DNA of 63,929 nt, counting the filler, from an uncultured Methanosarcinales archaeon (GTDB taxonomy: Archaea; Nanobdellota; Nanobdellia; Woesearchaeales; CAZKBD01): assembly GCA_964550945.1 (NCBI GenBank). It is 5 parts of 5 records of this genome, joined end to end, with 100 filler letters (N's around TTAATTAATTAA, not from the genome) between each part and the next. Parts side by side here need not be neighbours in the genome. Positions count along the whole stretch, not along the records: positions 1 to 14,985 come from CAZKBD010000042.1; positions 15,086 to 29,993 come from CAZKBD010000043.1; 3 more parts are not named here. The stretch is one strand, 5' to 3'. Under the pieces are notes generated by a model. It was not told the DNA's origin, did no database searches, and saw only the letters and a list, made by a program, of their open reading frames with translations. Of this stretch, positions 10,730 to 19,311 are shown piece by piece. The first letter of the stretch is position 1. The number at the start of each line of letters is the position of its first letter. Made by a program: the position numbers and the translations under genes.

Positions 10730-10894
10730 ATGTACAACCAATGCGAATCTTGCCGCAAGATGATTGAGAGCGCAGATGACTGCAGGTTAACCAGCCATGA
10801 CGGAATTAAAGTGCATACCTACTGCAGAAGCTGTTTTGACAGGATAACAAAGGAAAAGACAGGCAAAGAGATGAATAGGATAGTTATCCAATAA
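10730..10894 (+). CDS. Small zinc-finger protein (54 aa, not in ORF track)
   Basis: MYNQCESC...YCRSCF, two CxxC; starts 2 bp after THUMP stop. Confidence 0.65.
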   Translation: MYNQCESCRKMIESADDCRLTSHDGIKVHTYCRSCFDRITKEKTGKEMNRIVIQ

Positions 10895-11019
10895 GCATGA
10901 GATTCTAGAAAGGGATTAGATGAGGTTAGTTAGATTATTTCTGGTTCATATGGTCGTTTAGTTGTAATTGGTTGTCTAATTTAATATTTGCGAAAGACTG
11001 AGTCAGGTTCTGCATATAA

Positions 11020-11250
11020 TTAAAGATAATGTTTCTGGAAAAGAAAAAATATCAGCATGAATATTGCGGTTAGTGCAATGGTAAAATAAAGCATTCTTTT
11101 ATCATTGGCAAAACCAAATGGTATAAAACCTATAAATCCGCCGACAGCTATTTTGGAATCTTGTTTAGTAGTTTGCGATAATGCTCCAATAAATATCAGA
11201 ATCATGCCGATAAATATCACAAAAACACCTATCGGAATTAGCTCTTTCAT
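11020..11250 (-). CDS. DUF131/TIGR00304-like small membrane protein
   Basis: GGFIGFIPFGF motif between TM helices. Confidence 0.75.
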   Translation of the reverse strand: MKELIPIGVFVIFIGMILIFIGALSQTTKQDSKIAVGGFIGFIPFGFANDKRMLYFTIALTAIFMLIFFLFQKHYL

Positions 11251-11528
11251 ATGGTACAGAGATGCTAGCTCGTCTATAAAAATTTGGGTGTTACAAAATA
11301 TATATTACAAAATACTATAAATCCGAAAGCTTTAAATACTACTAGTATACATATTAGTATACCAATTTCCAAAAACCTTGTGTTTTTGGATCTCATAGAA
11401 AGAGGCAGTAATTTTGGCGTAACACTCGAAAAGAAAGAGGCCAAACAAAACAACCTTTTGATCCTCACTAATATTTCGAGTATAAAACTGCCTCTTCATC
11501 CTATTAAACGGGCTAGGGATTTCCTAAA

Positions 11529-11783
11529 ATGAACCAAGAATTGATAGTAAACAAAGAATTCGTTGAATTCAAGAACAATGTGGACGCATGGATCAAACAA
11601 ATTAGAGCTGAGTTTAATGAGTTACAGGATGTTTCTGATATTGTAGAAGAGAATGTTGGCAATGTTCAGCACAACTACGAGTTAATTTACGAGCTTAAGG
11701 ATGAAGTGGAAAAAATGAAGGAAGAGCTCAAGGCCCTAAAGTTGATCCAATTAGTAACCCTAAAAAAACAGATACAGCACTAA
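11529..11783 (+). CDS. Hypothetical coiled-coil protein
   Basis: 84-aa ORF with heptad pattern. Confidence 0.65.
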   Translation: MNQELIVNKEFVEFKNNVDAWIKQIRAEFNELQDVSDIVEENVGNVQHNYELIYELKDEVEKMKEELKALKLIQLVTLKKQIQH

Positions 11784-12544
11784 GCTATCTCATTTCCAAG
11801 CTCCTTTTTAAGGTCTTCGCTTGTTTTTAACATTATCTCTATCTCTCCAAAATGCTGTTCCTGGAATAGCTCTATTTTTTGCTGGTTTGTTAGATGCAGC
11901 AATGGTATGAATGTGTATACCTTATCTTCCTTGGAATCTGATGGGATCAGCTCGGAGAATGTTAGGACACTTTTTTTATCTTTATAAAAAAAAGATTTGA
12001 TTCTTCCATAAACATCCATGATTATTGCGGTTATATCCTTTCTTTTTGCAGGCATGGTGATATTTGTTGGAGGTATGCTCTGCAAAACTCTTCTCCTTTT
12101 TGTTTCCAAAGCCCTCTCAAGGGCATTCACAAGATCATATACCGAGACCTTTCTTTTTCTTGGCTGAGGGGTTCTTGGGATCAAGCTTGCTCTTTCCTGA
12201 GGCGTCATTTTGACATCTGGTGCCTCCTCAAAATCACTCTCTTCTTCCTCGCCTGAGAACAACCTATCAAGCTGGTCAAGATCTTCTCCCATCAACCTGG
12301 TTGATTTTATCCTTAGCAATATGGCTGCTGCCAATAATACTTTTCCAGAACCCCTGAAGTCCATCTCTTTCAGCTTTTTGACCATTTCCAGGTATTTTTG
12401 AGTTAATAAAGAGATGTCAATATCCCAAGGATCCATTTGCTCAGTCCTTACTAATTCAAACAGAATGCTCTGCCAGGTAATCTCATCTTTATCGAATAGA
12501 AGCTGGAATACGTGCTCATGGTTCTTAATAACGGGCAGTTGCAT
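11780..12544 (-). CDS. scpA: Segregation and condensation protein A (kleisin)
   Basis: MDPWDIDI, AAILLRIKS, FIPLLHL...QEQHFGEI. Confidence 0.92.
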   Translation of the reverse strand: MQLPVIKNHEHVFQLLFDKDEITWQSILFELVRTEQMDPWDIDISLLTQKYLEMVKKLKEMDFRGSGKVLLAAAILLRIKSTRLMGEDLDQLDRLFSGEEEESDFEEAPDVKMTPQERASLIPRTPQPRKRKVSVYDLVNALERALETKRRRVLQSIPPTNITMPAKRKDITAIIMDVYGRIKSFFYKDKKSVLTFSELIPSDSKEDKVYTFIPLLHLTNQQKIELFQEQHFGEIEIMLKTSEDLKKELGNEIA

Positions 12545-12660
12545 TATAACTGATTATAACCTAGTTCATATATAAATTTAGTGATTAAATACAGATTAAA
12601 TAGAATATAAAAATTGGAAAGCAAAACATTTTTAAATGAAAATATAATTCTGAGAATCAA

Positions 12661-12745
12661 GGGCTCGTGGTCTAGCGGCTATGACAGCACCCTTACAAGT
12701 TACTATGAAAGGTGTTAGTCCCCGGTTCGAATCCGGGCGGGCCCA
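12661..12745 (+). tRNA. tRNA-Val(UAC) with 12-nt intron at 37/38 (12698-12709)
   Basis: Acceptor GGGCTCG/CGGGCCC, anticodon stem GCACC/GGTGT, T arm CCCGG-TTCGAAT-CCGGG. Confidence 0.92.
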
Positions 12746-12756
12746 CTTTATCAAAT

Positions 12757-12891
12757 GCGCCAGTGATCTAATGGCTACGACTGGCTAGGCTTAAATTTAA
12801 CCAGTTGCCATGAATGATAGGACCTTGCCAAGGTTCTCATCCGAGAATTTTAGCTTTGCTAAGATCGGAAATTCGAATCTCGGCTGGCGCA
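12757..12891 (+). tRNA. tRNA-Gly(GCC) with D-loop intron (12777-12813) and 53/54 intron (12846-12871)
   Basis: Acceptor GCGCCAG/CTGGCGC; BHB helices ATGG/CCAT and TCCG/CGGA with 3-nt bulges restore a standard cloverleaf. Confidence 0.9.
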
Positions 12892-13803
12892 TTTACTTTC
12901 TTTCACTGATTTGTAGAAGAAATACCCCACTATACAGCAAGTCACTACTGGGGTGACCCAGGAGGGAATATGCAGCTTAAAACTTTCCAGAATCATTATT
13001 GTGCCTAGTGCAAAAATAGAATACATTGCTCCATTTTTAAGATATTTGTACTTTTTTACATTCTCAATATTCTTGATTGTTATTTGCCTTACAACAATCG
13101 CACCTATCCCGTTTCCTATCAATATAAGGGGGATAGATAAAGTAAACGCAAATGCCCCTAAAACACCGTCAACAGAGAAAGTAGCATCTATCACCTCAAG
13201 ATAAAGGATTTTGCTTATATCAGAGATGTTTGTCTTCCCTTCAAGCATCTGTTTTTCCATCTTAGCTGCATTTTCCTTAAATCCGTGTGTTATGAAGAAG
13301 GCTGTTGAGCCTATAACTGCTCCAAAAGCCATAAAAGGGTTTTGCTTAATTGATAACCAAACAAGCAAAGCCAATATCACTGATACTATTGTGAAGAACC
13401 ATACACCATGTTTTTCAATCAATTCCTCTCCTGCGATGCCGTAGTGTTTAGGCTCCAAAAAAAGCCAATGAAAGAAAAGAAAAACAAGAAAGGTGCCACC
13501 TCCAATAAATAAAACCGGTGAAGATTCCTCAACTGCCTTTAAGATGATAGGATCTGAGCTAAATGCTAACCTCAAAACACCATTTATACCAATCTGAGGG
13601 TTGCTCCCCCAAAGAATTAAAAAAGGCAGCAAGCCCCTAACCAAAAAAACTGCGATAATCAGCCCCCATATCAAAAACCATCTTCTGGCTTTTTTTGAGA
13701 CTGTTGCCAGAACCTCTCCATTTATGATCGCATTGTCTATGCTGCTAATCACTTCAAAAAGGCTTAAGCCAATAATTATCAAGATTATTTCAAATATGCC
13801 CAT
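12859..13803 (-). CDS. DUF475 (TerC-like) membrane protein
   Basis: SSIDNAIIN, YLEVIDATFSVDGVLGAFA, YLKNGAMYSI. Confidence 0.9.
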   Translation of the reverse strand: MGIFEIILIIIGLSLFEVISSIDNAIINGEVLATVSKKARRWFLIWGLIIAVFLVRGLLPFLILWGSNPQIGINGVLRLAFSSDPIILKAVEESSPVLFIGGGTFLVFLFFHWLFLEPKHYGIAGEELIEKHGVWFFTIVSVILALLVWLSIKQNPFMAFGAVIGSTAFFITHGFKENAAKMEKQMLEGKTNISDISKILYLEVIDATFSVDGVLGAFAFTLSIPLILIGNGIGAIVVRQITIKNIENVKKYKYLKNGAMYSIFALGTIMILESFKLHIPSWVTPVVTCCIVGYFFYKSVKESKCASRDSNFRS

Positions 13804-13920
13804 GGTGTTCCTAAAACTGGTAAGGGTATATAAATTTATTGTGAGTTAAAATCTCATTTTCCACCGGTGTATCTCACTGGTGAATTGCTGCCAGTTATGT
13901 AATCAGGGGAAAATGAGAAC

Positions 13921-13985
13921 AAGAAAATCGGCCCGAGCGAAGCGAGCATACAACCAGTCTATTGACTAAGGTGGCCGATTTTCTT
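13921..13985. repeat. Intergenic hairpin carrying REP-like core
   Basis: 13-bp IR AAGAAAATCGGCC/GGCCGATTTTCTT enclosing CGAGCGAAGCGAG. Confidence 0.75.
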
Positions 13986-14039
13986 TGATATCCAAACAAA
14001 AATCTTTATAAATATACTAAGTTCTCTGGCTTATTAAAT

Positions 14040-14236
14040 GGGCTCGTAGCTCAGCCTGGTTAGAGCGCTGGTCTTATATGACCACGCTTTATGCAACTAA
14101 GACAGCCAGCGGTCGAGGGTTCAAAACTTAGGGACTGCACCCTAAAGGTACCGGCAGTCAAGTGGGACATTCCTCACTTTGTTCGGAAGTCCCACGAACT
14201 TGATGCAATCCCTTTGCGAAAGTCCCTTCGAGCCCA
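14040..14236 (+). tRNA. tRNA-Ile(UAU) with 37/38 intron (14079-14103) and 97-nt 59/60 intron (14126-14222)
   Basis: Acceptor GGGCTCG/CGAGCCC, stem CTGGT/GCCAG, CTTA/TAAG BHB; splicing restores GAGGG-TTCAAAT-CCCTT. Confidence 0.88.
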
Positions 14237-14289
14237 TTTTTCTCTTTTTAGAAGGAGATTAATAGAAAACAAAAAATTAGGTGATATAA

Positions 14290-14487
14290 ATGCCAATTGT
14301 AAACATTGAAACATGGCCAATGGATAAAAAGAAGAAACCAGAGCTTATTAAGAACATTACAGAAGTCTTTACAGAAATGGGAATACCTGCTCAGGCAGTA
14401 ACAGTAATTATCCATGAAACTGAGCTTGATAATTGGGGAAGCGGAGGAGAGCAGCATTCTGTGAAGTTCAAAGATTTAAAAAGATAG
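14290..14487 (+). CDS. 4-oxalocrotonate tautomerase family protein
   Basis: N-terminal catalytic Pro (MPIV), VTVIIHE...NWGSGG. Confidence 0.9.
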   Translation: MPIVNIETWPMDKKKKPELIKNITEVFTEMGIPAQAVTVIIHETELDNWGSGGEQHSVKFKDLKR

Positions 14488-14535
14488 TAAAAAACAATAA
14501 CGTTTATAAATGGGATAAAAAATACAACTTTTAAG

Positions 14536-14732
14536 GCCCCCATGGTGTAGTCCGGTCACAGAAATGCTGGAGAATCATTTCGGCTTTTCGAGCCGAAGAC
14601 GTGGGTTCAAAACGAACCTTTTTGCTCTGCAAAAATGTTCGATCGAAATGGGGAATCTCACTTCGTTCGATTCGTTACTTTTAGAAAAAGTAACCAAAAT
14701 GAGCAGGTTTGGTGAAAGTCCCGCTGGGGGCA
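14536..14732 (+). tRNA. tRNA-Glu(UUC) with 15-nt D-loop intron (14558-14572) and 107-nt 59/60 intron (14612-14718)
   Basis: Acceptor GCCCCCA/TGGGGGC, TCGGC-TT-TTC-GA-GCCGA; BHB helices CCGG/CTGG and perfect TTCA/TGAA. Confidence 0.9.
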
Positions 14733-14757
14733 TTTTTATTACAAAGGTGGTAACTAA

Positions 14758-14859
14758 ATGAAACGTGGATCAAGAAGATGGAAGAAGAAAGGCCAGATGA
14801 GATGGAAATGGCAACGCAAAAGAATGAAGAAAGAGAAAAGAAAAAGAGTAAGAAGATAA
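14758..14859 (+). CDS. rpl41e: Ribosomal protein L41e/eS32-like (33 aa, not in ORF track)
   Basis: MKRGSRRWKKKGQMRWKWQRKRMKKEKRKRVRR; AGGTGG SD upstream. Confidence 0.8.
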   Translation: MKRGSRRWKKKGQMRWKWQRKRMKKEKRKRVRR

Positions 14860-14985
14860 TTATTCTCTTAAATAGGTAACGCCATTAACAACATTAACTA
14901 ATTTCTTCTTATTTAAAGCTTCAACTAATTGGTTTGCAATGTCAACAGCAACGTTCTCCTGGGCTTCTATTGTTGATGCGCCTAG
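14860..14985 (-). CDS. serA: C-terminal end of D-3-phosphoglycerate dehydrogenase-like enzyme (cut by gap)
   Basis: LGASTIEAQENVAVDIA...NVVN matches the HLGAST.EAQ signature. Confidence 0.75.
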   Translation of the reverse strand, partial: LGASTIEAQENVAVDIANQLVEALNKKKLVNVVNGVTYLRE

Positions 14986-15085
14986 NNNNNNNNNNNNNNN
15001 NNNNNNNNNNNNNNNNNNNNNNNNNNNNNTTAATTAATTAANNNNNNNNNNNNNNNNNNNNNNNNNNNNNNNNNNNNNNNNNNNN
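14986..15085. other. Artificial contig linker
   Basis: N-run + TTAATTAATTAA + N-run. Confidence 0.97.
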
Positions 15086-16240
15086 ACAGGCCTAGTTCCA
15101 GGCATCCATATAAACTTGGTTAGCTTATTGCTGGTCAGTTTCTCTGGCTATCTTCTTGGATTTACCTCTCCATTAAGCTTAGGAGTTTTCATTATTTCAA
15201 TGGGCATAACTCATACATTTTTAGATGCAATACCCTCTATTTTTCTAGGCGCGCCAGATGCTGAAAAGGCTTTAATAGTATTGCCAGGCCATAAGCTATT
15301 ATTAGAAGGAAGAGGTTTTGAAGCAGTAAAATTGACAGTGATAGGAGCTTTTTTTGGCTTAGTGATTACAGTCCTGCTTACTCCCTTGATGATCCCTTTT
15401 GTGCCATTTATCTATAATTTTATACAGCCTCTTATAGGATACCTCCTGATATTTGTTGTCCTGTTCATGACCTTAAGGGAGAAAGGCATTAAAAAATTAT
15501 GGTCATCATTTGTTTTCCTTCTTTCAGGAATTCTTGGTATAATTGTCTTTAGCTGGCCAAACTTGAATCAGCCCTTGTTTCCAATGCTTAGCGGATTGTT
15601 TGGAATAAGCTCTTTGGTGATATCCTTGTCAGAGAAGGTCAAAATCCCTGAGCAGACAATAAGCGAGACAATCCATGTCAGCTTAAAAGAAAGGGTTAAA
15701 GCAATACTAACCGCTGTATTTTGCGGAAGCTTGACAGGATTATTGCCTGGATTAGGAGCAGCAGAAGCAGCTGTCATCGGGATGGAGATTGTAAGGAACA
15801 TCTCTAATTACGGCTTCATGATAATGATTGGCGGCATAGGCACTATTAACTTTTTATTTGGGCTTGTCGCATTTTACACGATCAATAAGGCAAGAAATGG
15901 GGCAATAGTGGCTTTGATGGAAATAATAGAATCAATCAGTTTTACAGATTTATTGATATTTTTAGCAGTAGCATTGATTGTAGGCTCTATCGCCTTATTT
16001 TTGTCGTTGGAAATCACCAAAGGCTTTGCCAATTTCATTGGAAAGGTGGATTACAAGAAGATTTCGATAATAGTGATATCATTCATAACTGTATTGGTTT
16101 TTGTGTTCAGCGGTTTTACCGGGCTTTTAATCTTAGTGATAAGCACAGCAATCGGCATTATCTCTCCCTTAGTCGGCATAAAGAGAAGCACAGCAATGGG
16201 CTGTTTATTATTGCCCGTTATACTCTATTTTGTTTTATAG
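15086..16240 (+). CDS. TctA/DUF112 family permease (5'-truncated)
   Basis: GLVPGIHIN, HTFLDAIPSIFLGAP, LPGH, many TM helices. Confidence 0.88.
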   Translation, partial: TGLVPGIHINLVSLLLVSFSGYLLGFTSPLSLGVFIISMGITHTFLDAIPSIFLGAPDAEKALIVLPGHKLLLEGRGFEAVKLTVIGAFFGLVITVLLTPLMIPFVPFIYNFIQPLIGYLLIFVVLFMTLREKGIKKLWSSFVFLLSGILGIIVFSWPNLNQPLFPMLSGLFGISSLVISLSEKVKIPEQTISETIHVSLKERVKAILTAVFCGSLTGLLPGLGAAEAAVIGMEIVRNISNYGFMIMIGGIGTINFLFGLVAFYTINKARNGAIVALMEIIESISFTDLLIFLAVALIVGSIALFLSLEITKGFANFIGKVDYKKISIIVISFITVLVFVFSGFTGLLILVISTAIGIISPLVGIKRSTAMGCLLLPVILYFVL

Positions 16241-16402
16241 AAAAAGTGATTTTAATCAATTTATCATTAATAAGTAATAAAAAAAGAAAGGTTTGTATAC
16301 CCGTTATGCTTCAACGTTAACTTTGCAAGCCTGCTATGGTTTATGCAAGAAGCTAGAATTATATGTGATGTCAAATAACATAGAAGGTCTAGAAGAACAA
16401 AA

Positions 16403-16906
16403 ATGGCAAAATACAAAACAATTGGGGCGATTTTGAGTGGGATTGCAATAGGCGCTGTTGGAGTCCTTGGATTGGAAGCACTCTTAAAAGAACCAGAACA
16501 CTCCGAAAAATATGCTCAAACTATTCCAGAGCAAAGTTTACAGGTTGCAAAACCCGAGATCTCTAATAACCAAGGAACAATCCAAGTAATAAATGAAGGA
16601 ATATACCATGGCGAATCTTATCAAGGTAAAGTAACCATCTCAACCGAAGGTCTGATAGTACCCCCGAATTACAAACCCACTTTGAATTTTTTTGATACAG
16701 CTACTAATCAAACCCACTATATTCCTTTTGATAATGTTAAAAGTTGGCAATATCTATACAGCGAGTATAACCTTAGATACGGTCGGCTTGAACTAAGGGA
16801 CGGTAAACCATTAACAGGAACCATTGGAAACAATTTCTCAGTTGAAACCAGCATTGGTAGAGTGATTATTGACTATCATAGTATACAAAGCATAGTAATG
16901 GACTAA
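16403..16906 (+). CDS. Hypothetical membrane-anchored protein
   Basis: N-terminal TM, beta-rich remainder. Confidence 0.65.
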   Translation: MAKYKTIGAILSGIAIGAVGVLGLEALLKEPEHSEKYAQTIPEQSLQVAKPEISNNQGTIQVINEGIYHGESYQGKVTISTEGLIVPPNYKPTLNFFDTATNQTHYIPFDNVKSWQYLYSEYNLRYGRLELRDGKPLTGTIGNNFSVETSIGRVIIDYHSIQSIVMD

Positions 16907-17093
16907 AAGTTACAAGACATCCGGGGTTATACTCTAACTCACAGGCGGTTCTATTAGTACTTTTAAAAACCAGATTAGGACAATATGTCAAACATTTTTC
17001 CAACTCGTTACGGCTTATTCCATAAACTGAACCAGTAAATCCTGCTTATCTAAGAAATTATTAATGTCAACTTAATTTTGTTTAAATAAAAAC

Positions 17094-18035
17094 CTAACGT
17101 ATAAAGGATTGTCTTTTGTATTCCCAACCATCCCATGTGTGATCATGTACAGTAGCCGTTCTAAGAGCCCCTTCCTCGATTGTAGCTAGGCTTCTTATGG
17201 GGTTAGAAGTTCCAAACCTTGCTATTATACTCTTTTTATCAGCACCTCTAAATTCAACATAACTGAATGCTAATTTAAGCTCGATTATCATTTGATGCTC
17301 AGTGAGGGGGTAATCAGAGTCATAATTAGGATCCCACTGTTTTAAATGTGTGCTTGTTGTGCATTCTGCATAAAATCTTACTTGGGGCATGTTTCTAACT
17401 TCTCTCGCAGCATCATTTTGGAGTTCTAGATACAGATCTCCACTTCCTCCAGTAAGAGTATAAAACCATGGCATAATCCGCCTTGCACAAAGATACTCTT
17501 TCTTTTCCCGATGTTTCCACCATTGGCTTGATTGTGATTTCCCTACAGCTTGGGTTTGGACATCATATTCATATACCTTCATATCACTCAATTCGTATTC
17601 CACACCTATACACACTCGGAATGCTCCTCTTTTTTCTGTATCATATTTTCCTAACCAGACAATTGGATTTCGATCTTCGTTAACACTCCTTCCATCAGGA
17701 TTCATTGTGTTTGGATTAAAATCAATTTCAAAGCGCAAAGGCATACTTCGAACTCTATTCAGGGCATCGCGCAATACCCCATATTCTTCGTTCTTCCTTT
17801 TGTGGTCCTCATCTGTATCAAATTCGTCTTTTTCTGGATAAGGGATGCTACTATTTGGACCATCATTAAATAGATCATCGATTGTGAAGGATTCTTTTTC
17901 ACCTCTACAAAATTTAATGCCATACCAATTAGTAGGTGTCGATGCAGTTTGGGCAGAGGTTAATGTAGGAATAACTAATCCTAAAGATGCCATTGCAGTT
18001 GTTTGTAGCATCTGCCTTCTTGTTAATGCGTTCAT
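17094..18035 (-). CDS. Hypothetical protein with twin-arginine-like signal
   Basis: TRRQML + hydrophobic stretch + TSA/Q cleavage-like site. Confidence 0.65.
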   Translation of the reverse strand: MNALTRRQMLQTTAMASLGLVIPTLTSAQTASTPTNWYGIKFCRGEKESFTIDDLFNDGPNSSIPYPEKDEFDTDEDHKRKNEEYGVLRDALNRVRSMPLRFEIDFNPNTMNPDGRSVNEDRNPIVWLGKYDTEKRGAFRVCIGVEYELSDMKVYEYDVQTQAVGKSQSSQWWKHREKKEYLCARRIMPWFYTLTGGSGDLYLELQNDAAREVRNMPQVRFYAECTTSTHLKQWDPNYDSDYPLTEHQMIIELKLAFSYVEFRGADKKSIIARFGTSNPIRSLATIEEGALRTATVHDHTWDGWEYKRQSFIR

Positions 18036-18187
18036 TTTATGAGAAGCAAAATATGTTTTAATTTATAAAACTTATGTAAATGATTTATTTTTGTTTGTTT
18101 CCCTCATGGAAGGTTGTTTCCCCATTATTCATACAAATCTTTCAATTTACAGAAACCTTTTTAAATCTACCCTGATTTTTACCAGCT

Positions 18188-18439
18188 ATGCAAGGGATAA
18201 TTGTCAATTTCAGGAAAAGCAAGCGCGTACAGAAGACCAATCATATAATAATCAAGGTTGGCGAAAAGAAAGAAGATGCTGTTAAGCTAATTGGTAAATC
18301 AGTTTCTTGGAAAAGCCCTGCTGGAAAAGAAATAACAGGCAAAATAGCAAAGGAACACGGAAGAAACGGCTGCATAAGGGCAATCTTCGAAAAAGGCCTG
18401 CCTGGGCAATCTGTTGGACAAAAGGTTAGCATTAGTTAA
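18188..18439 (+). CDS. rpl35ae: 50S ribosomal protein L35Ae
   Basis: WKSPAGK.I.GKI...HG.NG.IRA.FEKGLPGQ. Confidence 0.93.
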   Translation: MQGIIVNFRKSKRVQKTNHIIIKVGEKKEDAVKLIGKSVSWKSPAGKEITGKIAKEHGRNGCIRAIFEKGLPGQSVGQKVSIS

Positions 18440-18496
18440 TAATATTTTATAATTCTTAGATAGTTACTATTTTGGTCTAATTATAATCCAATAATC

Positions 18497-18988
18497 TTAT
18501 TTTGCAATTTTTAATAAGTCACTACCGACCTTTTCTAACATAACTCTGAATTCTTGTTGCGCATATTGTATTCTTGCCTCTTCATCATGTAAAGGTTTCC
18601 ATTGGGGATATTTTGCTCTTAGTTTCTGATTCTCAGAAATAATTTTCATTAGGCCTTCCAAAACCAATTGCGCAATTGCAACAGTATCTTGAATAGCTTT
18701 ATGGAGATCTTCACTTATCTTTTTAACCATTAGTAACTCATCATTCTCGATAACTAACAGTTTGCGAGCATTACTACCTCTTAATCCTTTTCTAAGTCCT
18801 TCCATAATAATTGCTTCGATTTCATCCCGATCATGAATCATGCGCCCTTCCACTGAATACATTCTTATCGCTTCACCTTTTAAGTCTCTAGTCGGAGCTC
18901 TCTGGGGACCCATCTTTCGTCTTGCATCTATCATGCTAGTATCAACTACCGCTCCAAAAATCCTTGGAAAAATAGCCATAATTATCAC
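18497..18988 (-). CDS. Hypothetical helical protein
   Basis: 163-aa ORF with GGAGGGTGA SD. Confidence 0.65.
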   Translation of the reverse strand: MIIMAIFPRIFGAVVDTSMIDARRKMGPQRAPTRDLKGEAIRMYSVEGRMIHDRDEIEAIIMEGLRKGLRGSNARKLLVIENDELLMVKKISEDLHKAIQDTVAIAQLVLEGLMKIISENQKLRAKYPQWKPLHDEEARIQYAQQEFRVMLEKVGSDLLKIAK

Positions 18989-19065
18989 CCTCCTGAATAT
19001 TATACACTCTTACTTAATATACTCCTATTTAAACATTTATATTCTAAAGAAATAGAATAAAGAAT

Positions 19066-19188
19066 TTAAGGGCAGACCTGTACAGGTATAACTCCTCTTG
19101 CCGCTAGTACTGTCAGAATAACCCCTAAAATAAATGCTGTAACAATCCAGGTCGCTGGATGCAAAATTATGGCTTTTTTATTAAACAT
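19066..19188 (-). CDS. Mini-protein with class III (pilin-like) signal peptide (40 aa, not in ORF track)
   Basis: MFNKKA/IILHPATWIVTAFILGLFLTVLAARG...; AGGTGA SD. Confidence 0.55.
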   Translation of the reverse strand: MFNKKAIILHPATWIVTAFILGVILTVLAARGVIPVQVCP

Positions 19189-19311
19189 TAACATCACCTT
19201 TTTTTGTTGATAATACCACCTTATCTAGCAGCTATTTAAATATTTCGATTTATTGCTTTAAAACCCATTCATTCAAAAACAGCAAATTATTTAAACCCTG
19301 ACAAATAAGAA

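Noticed and set aside
14091..14309. 72-aa ORF sharing RDCTL.(V/I)PA with the ORF at 22631-22918
   Set aside because: Both overlap tRNA genes; the shared peptide just reflects DNA module A.
14126..14718. Group I/II intron explanation for the T-loop inserts
   Set aside because: About 100 nt is too short, no catalytic core is recognisable, and BHB ends explain removal.
14564..14761. 65-aa ORF
   Set aside because: Lies over tRNA-Glu and its introns.
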